A stretch of 64,000 nucleotides of DNA, from positions 96,001 through 160,000 of the forward strand of contig JBBRSP010000004.1 in NCBI GenBank assembly GCA_038245295.1, written 5' to 3'. Below are positions 9,443 through 17,556 of this stretch, piece by piece; within the stretch, counting starts at the first letter, position 1, and every line of letters starts with the position of its first letter. Source of the DNA: Candidatus Binatia bacterium (GTDB lineage: Bacteria; Desulfobacterota; Binatia; HRBIN30). Below the pieces are notes generated by a model, which saw only the letters and a program-made list of their open reading frames with translations, was not told the DNA's origin and did not search any database. The position numbers and the translations under genes were made by a program.

Positions 9443-11821
9443 TCAGTCACCACCCTCGCCCTCGCCTCGTGGGGTTGGCGTCGGGGTGCGCGTCCACTGG
9501 GGCGCCCGTGTTGGCGTGGAAGTGCGCCGCAGCGTCGCCGTCAGTGTTGGTGTTAGCGTTGGCGTCGAGGTTCGGCGCTGGGTCGCCGTCAGTGTTGGCG
9601 TTGGCGTCGAGGTTCGGCGCTGGGTCGCCGTCAGTGTTGGCGTTGGCGTCGAGGTTCGGCGCTGGGTCGCCGTCAGTGTTGGCGTTGGCGTCGAGGTTCG
9701 TCGCGGGGTGACGGTTGGAGTTGTTGGCGTCGATGTCCGGCGGAGGGTCGGTGTCGAGGTTCGCGGCGCGGTCGGACTGGCAGTCGTTGATCGTGTTGGC
9801 GTGCGGACAGCGGTCGCTGTCGACGTCGCTACCGGCGGCACGCTCGCCGTCGGCGTCGCGGTCGGCCCGGCACTACCACCGACGGAGACCGAAACGGTTC
9901 CGAGGTTGGAATCCGTCGATCCGTCCCACGCGGCGAACGTGAAAGCGTCGCTGCCGCTGAAGCCGGCGTCGGGGAAGAAGGTCGCTTGCTTGCCAATCAA
10001 GCCAACCGTGCCGTGGCTCGGCTGCGTCACGATGCGCAAAGTCAGCGCATTGCCGTCGGCGTCCGCAGCGCGCAGCATCAACCCGGCCGGCGTGTTGATC
10101 GGCGTGCTGATCGACGCGTTGCTCACCACCGCCGCGCGGTTCGGATTCGCGTTCTCGCTCGATGGACCCTGGTGGCAGGTGTAACAACCGACTTGGAAGC
10201 CGCGCCACAAGTACTTGGTGCCAAACTCGGTGCTCAGCATGCGGTCGCCCTGCGAGCGCGACAGCACCGTGCCGCGATAGTCCTGCCCGTGACATCCCTG
10301 GCATTGCGACGCGCCGCCGCTCTCGACCGCATTCGGGTGCTGCTGGACCCACGTGCTGCCCACCGGATGCATCCCATGCGGCCCGCCGCTGACGGTATTG
10401 GGTTGCGTCGCGTGACAGCTCGTACATTCCGCCAGCATGCCGACGTGGCCCTGGTGCTCGATACTCTGGATGTTGTCGTTCGGGTGCAGCGCCGGGAACT
10501 CGGCGTGCGTCGATCCGTGGCAGCCTTCGCACTTCACGCCGCCGTGGCCGGTGGAGAAGCGGTATAGGTTGAGCCCCGCCGCCGGCGTGTCGCTGTTGGT
10601 GGCGAACGTCTGGTTCACCGCGACGCGCGGCTGCCCCGCGTTGTCGAAAATCGATGTGTAGCGGATCTGGCCGTTGTTGTTGGTCGCCGTGCCGCTGTGG
10701 CAGCTCTGGCAGCTCGGTTCGTTGAGCCATCCGGTGCGATTCGGCGAAGCGACCTGCGCCATGGTGCCGTGGCAGCTCTGGCACTGCATGGAGAGGGTTC
10801 CGTCGGCCGCCACCGCCGCTCCCATGGCGCCGCGCAGGCAGCGCGTCGCCGATCCCGGATGGCATTGGTAACAAGCCGTGCGGCCACTGCTGCCCTGATC
10901 AAGCCATTGATGGCGGCTGTGAATCGCTTGCGTCAGCGGCTTGATTCCGGCGCGGCCGCTGCCCGGTAGCGCTTCCGACAAGTGACAGCTGGCGCACAGA
11001 ATCGACGTCCCGCCGCGTGCCGTCGCTTCCAGGCCACTGGGGTCGTAGGCCGCTTGCGCCAGGGCATTCTGGTAGAGCGGATCGTAGGCGTTACGGTCGT
11101 CGTGAAGGCGCAGAACGTTGAGTCGAAAGTCGCGCTCCGGATCGGCCTCGTGAGCCCAGCCAGAGGACGGCACGGCGCCGCTGGTCGAATCGGAGCTGTG
11201 GCAGCCTTTGCAATTCATCTCGTCCGAAACGGGCAGAACAATATCGAGAGAGGCGAGCAAGCTGCCGCTGCTGTCGCGCGCCACCAGACGCATCATGGGA
11301 TAGTAGTTCTTGTGACCGGCGTCGTCGTACGGCGTGATCGGAATGCCTTCGGCGATGAACCACTTCGAGGCCGGGTCCCAGGTCATGACCTGCGGCACGT
11401 TGCCGCTGCCCGGCATGTTCTTTCCGGCCAGACCGGCATTCGTCGTGGTTGGAGCGCCGGCACCGAACAGCTGTCGCGTGTGGTCCCAGAAGTTGGTCTT
11501 GCCGGCCGACGTCGTGTTGATCGATCCGGTGGGGTCGCTGACCGCTTCATAGGTGACACGGAGCCCGGCCGTCGTCGGATCGGTGATCAGCGTGCCTTGC
11601 GGGTCGATGAGTTGTGCGTGGATGGTGTTGTACGGCGGCAGAATGGAGAACAACTGGTAATCGGCATCCATGCAGTGCATGCCGAGATTGTTCCAGCCTA
11701 CGAGCTTCCAGTTGGCGGCAGCTGCCGGCGTTACACCGAGGAGGCAGCCGGCCAACAGGACCAGCGCGAGCTGTTGTGCCGAAAATCGAGCCTGTCGCGT
11801 TGTCGAATGGTGTTGTTGCAT
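9443..11821 (-). CDS. Secreted 9-heme c-type cytochrome with Ig-like domain and Thr/Pro/Arg-rich tail
   Basis: Signal peptide; WNNLGMHC motif; nine CxxCH (CKGCH, CASCH, CYQCH, CQSCH x2, CEGCH, CTSCH, CQGCH, CYTCH); DADG..L..IVTQPSHGTV..F.PDAGFSGSDAFTF Ig-like module; RBS GAGGAG. Confidence 0.9.
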   Translation of the reverse strand: MQQHHSTTRQARFSAQQLALVLLAGCLLGVTPAAAANWKLVGWNNLGMHCMDADYQLFSILPPYNTIHAQLIDPQGTLITDPTTAGLRVTYEAVSDPTGSINTTSAGKTNFWDHTRQLFGAGAPTTTNAGLAGKNMPGSGNVPQVMTWDPASKWFIAEGIPITPYDDAGHKNYYPMMRLVARDSSGSLLASLDIVLPVSDEMNCKGCHSSDSTSGAVPSSGWAHEADPERDFRLNVLRLHDDRNAYDPLYQNALAQAAYDPSGLEATARGGTSILCASCHLSEALPGSGRAGIKPLTQAIHSRHQWLDQGSSGRTACYQCHPGSATRCLRGAMGAAVAADGTLSMQCQSCHGTMAQVASPNRTGWLNEPSCQSCHSGTATNNNGQIRYTSIFDNAGQPRVAVNQTFATNSDTPAAGLNLYRFSTGHGGVKCEGCHGSTHAEFPALHPNDNIQSIEHQGHVGMLAECTSCHATQPNTVSGGPHGMHPVGSTWVQQHPNAVESGGASQCQGCHGQDYRGTVLSRSQGDRMLSTEFGTKYLWRGFQVGCYTCHQGPSSENANPNRAAVVSNASISTPINTPAGLMLRAADADGNALTLRIVTQPSHGTVGLIGKQATFFPDAGFSGSDAFTFAAWDGSTDSNLGTVSVSVGGSAGPTATPTASVPPVATSTATAVRTPTRSTTASPTAPRTSTPTLRRTSTPTTPTVTPRRTSTPTPTLTATQRRTSTPTPTLTATQRRTSTPTPTLTATQRRTSTPTLTPTLTATLRRTSTPTRAPQWTRTPTPTPRGEGEGGD
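9556..9700. repeat. Coding 42-bp tandem repeat, about 3.5 identical copies
   Basis: Unit gcgttggcgtcgaggttcggcgctgggtcgccgtcagtgttg at 9556, 9598, 9640 and partial at 9682; encodes TPTPTLTATQRRTS. Confidence 0.9.
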
Positions 11822-11850
11822 GGGCGTTGTCACTCCTCATACGAGAGGAA

Positions 11851-11866
11851 AGCAACGCGCGTGCCC
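11851..11866 (-). promoter_or_regulatory. sigma54 (-24/-12) promoter of the cytochrome gene
   Basis: Minus strand GGGCACGCGCGTTGCT matches TGGCACG-N4-TTGCW with exact GG-N10-GC spacing, about 30 nt upstream of the ATG. Confidence 0.75.
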
Positions 11867-11992
11867 AGGCGACGATCGGCATGGGCCTCGAATTTATGGG
11901 ACTCGGGGGCGGGAGATCAGGGTCGGGCTGCAGGATCTTGCGCGTGGGGCGCCAGAAACTGCGGACGAAGGAGCCGCGTGGCTGGTGGCCGC

Positions 11993-12021
11993 GCGGCGGA
12001 GACGCATGCGGTCTCCGCCGC
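11993..12021. terminator. GC-rich hairpin downstream of the DUF1302-type gene (possible terminator or stabiliser)
   Basis: gcggcggagac-N7-gtctccgccgc 11-bp inverted repeat; no U-tract. Confidence 0.4.
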
Positions 12022-12079
12022 TGTAACCGCAGATGGAAGAATCACGGGCGACGCGACGCCTGCGCCCTGATCCGCACCA

Positions 12080-14125
12080 TTAGATCACGTACTCGAAGCG
12101 GAACTGGACATTGTCGCGATCCTTCAGCAAGCTGACGCCGCTGCCGCCCTTGAGCGTGTGCGCGTCAATGATGCTGTAGTCGATGCTGAAGCGGAAGGGA
12201 TCCTGAATCAGCGTGACGCCGGGCTGATACACGAACGAGCCGCCCCAATCATAGAAGAACACCATCTCGGGATTGATCGTGCCGCTGCGGTACGAGGTGG
12301 TGATGAACAAGGTCTGCAAGAATTGGTCGGCCGGTTCGGTGATGAACAACGGATCTAGGCGACCAACATTGGAGCCGCGCAGGAAGAAGTCCAGTTGGTC
12401 ACGGGTAATTGGCAGCACCTGGCGATGCGGATTGGTGATGGTGACCGTGCACGTTGGATCAGTCGAATTCGGATTGTTGCGGCAGGCGGCATTATCCTGA
12501 TTGCGCAGATGCAGCACCTCGGGACCGCTTTCGGCACCCTGGAGGTGTTTGTAGAAGAACTGCGTCGACATGAAGAAGGTTTGATTCGGATTGAGGAAGC
12601 GAATCCATTGGTCGTGGTCGAGCCCGAGAACGAAGTTGATGGAATCTGACCGCGCGCCGCCACCTGTCTGCGGCACGATGCCCTTGTCGATCTGCGAGCG
12701 GTACTGCGACCAGATATCGGGGTTCGACTTCACAGTCCGAGGATAGAACTTCGGATACATGTTGAAGAAAAACGGATCGATCTGTCCCTGGGTAAACGAC
12801 GGTTCTCCGTGGAAGAAGGCAAACTCCGAACGCACGACGCTGTAGAGAGAAGGCACCGCGAATGTCGACGAAACACCGGTAATCTGAACCCGTGGCGCAT
12901 CCTGGATCGTGTGAGCCGGCGCACCGCAGTGCAGGTTGTTCGGATCCTCGGGCGCGGAGCTATCAAACGGGCGGGTCGGACAAGGACGTCCGTCGTCGTG
13001 GGCGAAGAGCAGCGTACCCCGCGTGCCTGCGCCGGCGACCATGGTTGGCGGCCCGCCGTAGCCCGAGGTGCGGACCGAGAGACGCGGCGTGTCGAGATAC
13101 GTGTAGTAGTGGGCAATGCCGAATGTCGCGTCGAACACGTTGAATTTCAGGATGCCACCGCCGCGCGCCTCGCTGAACGTTCGTGACGGCGTATAACTAA
13201 AGTTCTTCGCCGCGATCGACGGCGCGCCCAGACTAGGCAAAGCCCAGGGTGAACCGGCGGGGGTACCGGGGGCAAAGCCGACCTGACTGTCGGCGGATAC
13301 GTATCCTTGGACAAACGCGTCGGTAAACGGTCCGGCGTTTCCCAGGTAGTACGTCGCCAGCAGCATATCGAGCGGTACGCGGCGTTCGTCGAGAGAAATC
13401 AGGAAGCCGCCGAACGAGCTGTCGACTGGATTGATCTGATCCATCAAACGAAAGCCGTCGGTCTCGCCCCAGGAGAGGATCTGCCGACCGATGCGCAGGG
13501 TGAGATCTCCAGCTTCGGTCTCGACGTAGGCCTGGAAGAGGCGTTCGCGGTCGGCCCCAAGGTTACGCAGCGCGCGCCGTTCGGCCAGCGTATCATGATG
13601 CTCCTGGGCGCCGACCACCTTGCCATTCTCGAACCCGCCGACGGCACCGTTGGGCAGGTCGTTTTTCGCCAGGAGCTTGAACTCCTGCGCCGTGCTGTAC
13701 TCGCGCGGGCCCCAATCATACAGGCCGTCGGCCTCGCCGCGGAACGTGGCATGGTACTTCAGGTTCTTCAGACGGAAAGGCAAACCGTTGATCAACGACA
13801 GAGGTCCGACGCCCTCCTTCACCAGGCGCATCAGATTGTGATCGAACTCCGCTTCGACGAAGAAGCGATTTTGCCGCAAGTGTCCGGCGTCGGAGCGTGG
13901 GAACGTGCCGCTATCGGAGATGTATGGAGTGCCGTCACCGGTCTTCTTGACGACGCTGTCGTGTGTCTGCTCGGTTCCGATGCGAGCGTTCACATACGAC
14001 CGCATCCCGAGCTTGATGTCTCCGTCCTTATCGAGCGAGATCGCCCGCGCCGTTGATCCAACCAACACGGCGCCCGCCAACGCGGCAGCGACCGTCCCTA
14101 AAGTCCTAAGCGTCAATCGCACCAT
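12080..14125 (-). CDS. DUF1302-type outer-membrane beta-barrel protein
   Basis: Signal peptide; LRIGRQILSWGETDGFRLMDQINP motif; ends DRDNVQFRFEYVI; RBS GAGGAGG before ATG 14125. Confidence 0.8.
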   Translation of the reverse strand: MVRLTLRTLGTVAAALAGAVLVGSTARAISLDKDGDIKLGMRSYVNARIGTEQTHDSVVKKTGDGTPYISDSGTFPRSDAGHLRQNRFFVEAEFDHNLMRLVKEGVGPLSLINGLPFRLKNLKYHATFRGEADGLYDWGPREYSTAQEFKLLAKNDLPNGAVGGFENGKVVGAQEHHDTLAERRALRNLGADRERLFQAYVETEAGDLTLRIGRQILSWGETDGFRLMDQINPVDSSFGGFLISLDERRVPLDMLLATYYLGNAGPFTDAFVQGYVSADSQVGFAPGTPAGSPWALPSLGAPSIAAKNFSYTPSRTFSEARGGGILKFNVFDATFGIAHYYTYLDTPRLSVRTSGYGGPPTMVAGAGTRGTLLFAHDDGRPCPTRPFDSSAPEDPNNLHCGAPAHTIQDAPRVQITGVSSTFAVPSLYSVVRSEFAFFHGEPSFTQGQIDPFFFNMYPKFYPRTVKSNPDIWSQYRSQIDKGIVPQTGGGARSDSINFVLGLDHDQWIRFLNPNQTFFMSTQFFYKHLQGAESGPEVLHLRNQDNAACRNNPNSTDPTCTVTITNPHRQVLPITRDQLDFFLRGSNVGRLDPLFITEPADQFLQTLFITTSYRSGTINPEMVFFYDWGGSFVYQPGVTLIQDPFRFSIDYSIIDAHTLKGGSGVSLLKDRDNVQFRFEYVI

Positions 14126-14205
14126 CGGGACCCCTCCTCTCACAACATGTGCGGGTTCCCTACGCCATCAGAACGCGACAGAGCAAGCATTAGTCGCACG
14201 TGAAA

Positions 14206-14228
14206 TTTTCGACGCGTCGCGTCGAAAA
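14206..14228. promoter_or_regulatory. Perfect 11-1-11 palindrome, candidate operator
   Basis: TTTTCGACGCG-T-CGCGTCGAAAA about 80 bp upstream of the barrel gene. Confidence 0.5.
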
Positions 14229-14526
14229 CACACGTCATTCCTCGCTCGAACGCGACCCGATCTGTCAGCGATACGCACCGTCAGACGTGTCGGGCTTGTC
14301 CGCCAACCGCATCAAATACACTGGAATATCAACCCATTTCGCATCGCATTACGAGATCACGCGAGCGTTTTCGGGCACACGGGTCTGAGCGCTAGGATAC
14401 GGCATCGGTGAACCTTCGACGTGCGCGGCACGCCCAGGCAAGCCGAGAAGATTTTGGAGGCAGGAGGCAATCAATGAGGAATTCGTGGTGGCTGCGTCGG
14501 GGTTTGCTCGTACGGATCGCTCTGGT

Positions 14527-14600
14527 TCAGATTCCGGAGCCGCCGTCGAACATGTCGTCGCGCACCGGCGCCTGGCTGATCGAGCTGCCGGGCGGGACGC
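14527..14600 (-). pseudogene. cysE: C-terminal remnant of a serine O-acetyltransferase
   Basis: [27 protein letters not shown] resembles the CysE/EpsC-type C-terminus; lies directly after the cysK fragment in a different frame. Confidence 0.6.
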
Positions 14601-14603
14601 GGA

Positions 14604-14897
14604 GAACTGCTGCAAGAGAACATACTTCCGCGGGTCGGAGGCAACAATCGATTCGGCCTTGGCGATGGCGCCGCTCATGCCGCGCGCCCCCTCCGTCAGC
14701 ACCAACTTGGCGCCGTAGGCGACGAGCAACTTTCGCCGCTCGACGCACATCGTATCCGGCATGGTCAGGGTGATCGGATAGACGCGCGCGGCGGCCACGA
14801 AAGCGAGTGCAATGCCGGTATTACCGCTGGTCGGCTCGACGAGCTCCTTACCGGGGCCAAGCAAACCGCGGCGCTCGGCATCCCACACCATGGCCGC
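14604..14897 (-). pseudogene. cysK: Internal fragment of cysteine synthase A
   Basis: [38 protein letters not shown]...[18 protein letters not shown]...LLQQF; lacks the PLP-lysine segment and the C-terminal half. Confidence 0.9.
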
Positions 14898-15119
14898 GCA
14901 CAGGTTGACGAACGCGAAAGGCCATTCGCGCGTGTCGTCCATCACCCAACTCCAGGCGTCGACAAATTCCGGGATGTCATGCCGGTGCGGCGATTCACGA
15001 TGACGTAGAACACAGGCAACGGCATCGTCGAGCACGGCAAAGGCCAGGCGGTGCGCCGGCGAACTCTTGGTCTGCGCCGACGCGGCCAGTTGTGCCGGCA
15101 GCGTGGCGACATCTTCCAT
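14898..15119 (-). pseudogene. Truncated conserved hypothetical protein fused in frame to 'cysK
   Basis: [11 protein letters not shown]...W...[12 protein letters not shown] motif, cut at the final Cys. Confidence 0.5.
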
Positions 15120-15173
15120 CTCGGGCTCGCGCCGACGCTTGCAAGGCGATGTTGCCGGCGCGGCCGCAGCCCG

Positions 15174-15251
15174 CAACGACTGGCGCAACTTGACGGCGCC
15201 GATCTCGGGCCCGAGCGCCGCGGTGAGTGGGGTGATCGAAAGTGAGCTCAT
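15174..15251 (-). pseudogene. N-terminal remnant of a TauD/TfdA dioxygenase
   Basis: [26 protein letters not shown] resembles the TauD N-terminus (PLT.ALGAEI.GVDL.QPL); RBS GAAGGA. Confidence 0.6.
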
Positions 15252-15363
15252 GGTACGTGGTCCTTCTGTTGAGTGGGCAGCCGAGTCGAAGCGCGACGCG
15301 TCACACCTCGTCCCAATCGTTGAGAAGTTGCGGCGTCGGCTGACGTGGGCTCGGGTCGGTGGA

Positions 15364-15468
15364 TTACTCGGGCAACGCTCTCGCGGCTCCAATCACGCTG
15401 CGGCTAATCTCGAGGCGGGTCGCGACTTCCCAGTCGATGGGTCGCAGCAGTTCAAATCGGTTGGTCAT
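15364..15468 (-). CDS. 34-aa ORF, first RBS-bearing ORF after the attenuator (probably truncated)
   Basis: Strong RBS AAGGAGA then [38 protein letters not shown]. Confidence 0.4.
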   Translation of the reverse strand: MTNRFELLRPIDWEVATRLEISRSVIGAARALPE

Positions 15469-15532
15469 TTGTCTCTCCTTCAGTCGTCGCAGCTCCATGT
15501 CGGCAGCGACCGCGGCACAGGCGCCACGGCCA

Positions 15533-15570
15533 AAATGGAAAGGCCCGGGAGCAGAGACTCCCGGGCCTTT
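15533..15570 (-). terminator. Intrinsic terminator (3:4 hairpin) of the putative Cys attenuator
   Basis: AAAGGCCCGGGAG-TCTCTG-CTCCCGGGCCTTT then CCATTTT. Confidence 0.8.
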
Positions 15571-15594
15571 AGAATTGCGATGATGAGTTCGAGA

Positions 15595-15705
15595 CTACGA
15601 AGAGGCGAGACCGAACGCGGCGCAATCCAGGGCTCGGGAGGACTCCCAGGCCTTGGTACAACAGCAGCAGCAGTTGATGCGCACAGCGTTCACGAGCGGC
15701 TGCAT
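15595..15705 (-). CDS. Poly-cysteine leader peptide (attenuator uORF)
   Basis: MQPLVNAVRINCCCCCTKAWESSRALDCAAFGLASS; Cys codons at 15658-15672; alternative leaderless GTG start at 15693. Confidence 0.75.
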   Translation of the reverse strand: MQPLVNAVRINCCCCCTKAWESSRALDCAAFGLASS

Positions 15706-15729
15706 CCGAAAACGAAGGTCGCGTGTCAA
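15701..15729 (-). promoter_or_regulatory. Candidate sigma70 promoter of the leader
   Basis: TTGACA (15729-15724), 17-nt spacer, weak -10 GATGCA. Confidence 0.45.
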
Positions 15730-15876
15730 TATCGTCTGGCGTGACTCGACAACAAATCTCGCAAGGGAGTGGCCGCTTCTGTCGGGCAGGGGCGCGGGCG
15801 CGGGCAAGAAAACACACCGTTCCCCTTGGCAGGTTCGCGCGCTTGCCCTTGCCCGACGCAGTCGGAACGCATCCGG

Positions 15877-17556
15877 CTACGACCAGCCTTTCGCCTCGTC
15901 ACTGACTTGGCGGATCGACTCGATCTGTTGCGCGATGGTTGGGAGGTTTTGCGTCAGCAACCGGTGCTCGCTGCGACGCGGGTCGATCTGGGTTTCGATC
16001 TTGATCGTCGCTGCAGCGCCGGCGGCGCGAGCGGCGATCTCCTCGACTTGCCGATTCGTCGTTGCACTGGCCGCCGCATTCGCCTGCAGGCCAACGTCAC
16101 TGATCCAAGCCGCCTGCGCAGCGACATCGGCGTCGAGCGTGGCTCCCTCCAATGTGGCGACGCCGGGCAGAAACCAATTGCGCCACATGGCGCGGCGCAA
16201 CAGACGCAGGCGACCACTCGTGGCTCGGACGTTGCGATCCTCCGTGGTCAGCCGCGCGATCGCCAATTCCGTGCGTGGACGTTCGCGCCCAACGAACTCG
16301 GCCGGGAACGCCGCGGCCAGATCGCGAACCCGGTGCAGGAAGGCGCGCAACGTGTTGCTGATACCTTCGGCGTATTCGCGATTTACCTTGGCCAGCTCGC
16401 GCTCCAAGCCGCCGAGGTGGCCGCTGCGCATCCAAGCGCGCGACGCGGCGCGAATCTTGTTTCGCAATTCGGTGGCGTTCTTCTTCGATCCGTCGATTGC
16501 TTCATGCGCAGCGCGCGCCGTCGCCGCTTCGAACTCGCGGAAGCGCCCATAGACAGCGTCGGATTCTTGCTGCGCCTGCGCTGTAACGAGATCGAGGCGC
16601 TCCTGTGCCGCGGCAATCTCCTCCACCAACTCCCGTTCGCGCTGGCGCAAGGGTTCTTGTACCCCCGCCAGGTATTGCTGCACACGTTTTGCGGTTTCGC
16701 GCAGCGACGCAACGTCGCGACCGGACGACGTCACAAACTTCGCTAACGCTTGAGTAAACGTCGCCAGCCCACTCTCGGCCTTGGCAATGACGTCGGCGCG
16801 ACCGGCAAATCCGGCGCGTGCATCCACAAGGAACAGCTCGTGCGCCCCGGCAACCTTTTCGCGCAGCGTCGCCGCATGCCGACTGCGCTCCGACGACGTC
16901 AGCTCGGCGCATGCCGTGTCGAGGTTCCAGACAACGAACATCTTGGTAAGGTCGCGCTGCAACCGTTCCATCAAGCGCCGCGTGAACTGTGTAAACAGCG
17001 CCGGGTAACGCACGACCAGGACCACGGCGTCGAGTGAAGCGAGCAGATCATTGGTCACCTTGTCGAACTGGTCGTCACTGCCGAGGCCTGGCGTATCGAG
17101 CAGATCGACCTGGCCGCCGAGCTGGAGAACGTCAGCGGGGGTTTCCACGACTACCTCGGCAACACCGGCACCTTCGCGCATGCGTTGTTCGAGCTCTGGG
17201 AGGCTATGCAGTTCATCTCCGCCGACGTGCCAAACGGTTTGTGAGCCGTAGGTGACCCGCACCGGCACGGAGGTCAGCGGATCAAAAGCCATGGGCGACA
17301 GACCAGCGCCGGCGATGGCGTTGATCAACGTCGACTTGCCGGCCTTGATTTCGCCGTAGAGGGCGATGCGAATGCGACGGCTCTCGAAGTCGTGGATCAT
17401 GCCGTCGAGTGTCTCCAGGGTTTCGCCCGGCAACAAATGTGCGTGCGGCGCCAGCGCCGCCCGTGTTTCGGCCAAGGCCTCCGCCATGGCCGTGGCGAGT
17501 ACTCCGTGAGCCCGTGCTTCCAATTGATGCGAGTCAAGTTTGCTGCGGTCTTCCAT
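15877..17556 (-). CDS. Bacterial dynamin-like GTPase
   Basis: GEIKAGKS P-loop, T in PLTSV, DTPG G3, long helical C-terminus; start overlaps the 3' end of the LLM gene. Confidence 0.8.
   Translation of the reverse strand: MEDRSKLDSHQLEARAHGVLATAMAEALAETRAALAPHAHLLPGETLETLDGMIHDFESRRIRIALYGEIKAGKSTLINAIAGAGLSPMAFDPLTSVPVRVTYGSQTVWHVGGDELHSLPELEQRMREGAGVAEVVVETPADVLQLGGQVDLLDTPGLGSDDQFDKVTNDLLASLDAVVLVVRYPALFTQFTRRLMERLQRDLTKMFVVWNLDTACAELTSSERSRHAATLREKVAGAHELFLVDARAGFAGRADVIAKAESGLATFTQALAKFVTSSGRDVASLRETAKRVQQYLAGVQEPLRQRERELVEEIAAAQERLDLVTAQAQQESDAVYGRFREFEAATARAAHEAIDGSKKNATELRNKIRAASRAWMRSGHLGGLERELAKVNREYAEGISNTLRAFLHRVRDLAAAFPAEFVGRERPRTELAIARLTTEDRNVRATSGRLRLLRRAMWRNWFLPGVATLEGATLDADVAAQAAWISDVGLQANAAASATTNRQVEEIAARAAGAAATIKIETQIDPRRSEHRLLTQNLPTIAQQIESIRQVSDEAKGWS

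Noticed and set aside
9556..9700. Possible CRISPR array
   Set aside because: Head-to-tail 42-bp units with no spacers, in frame within a coding linker; no cas genes.
14349..15392. 347-aa ORF as a genuine cysteine synthase
   Set aside because: Mosaic of unrelated fragments; lacks the PLP-lysine region and the C-terminal domain.
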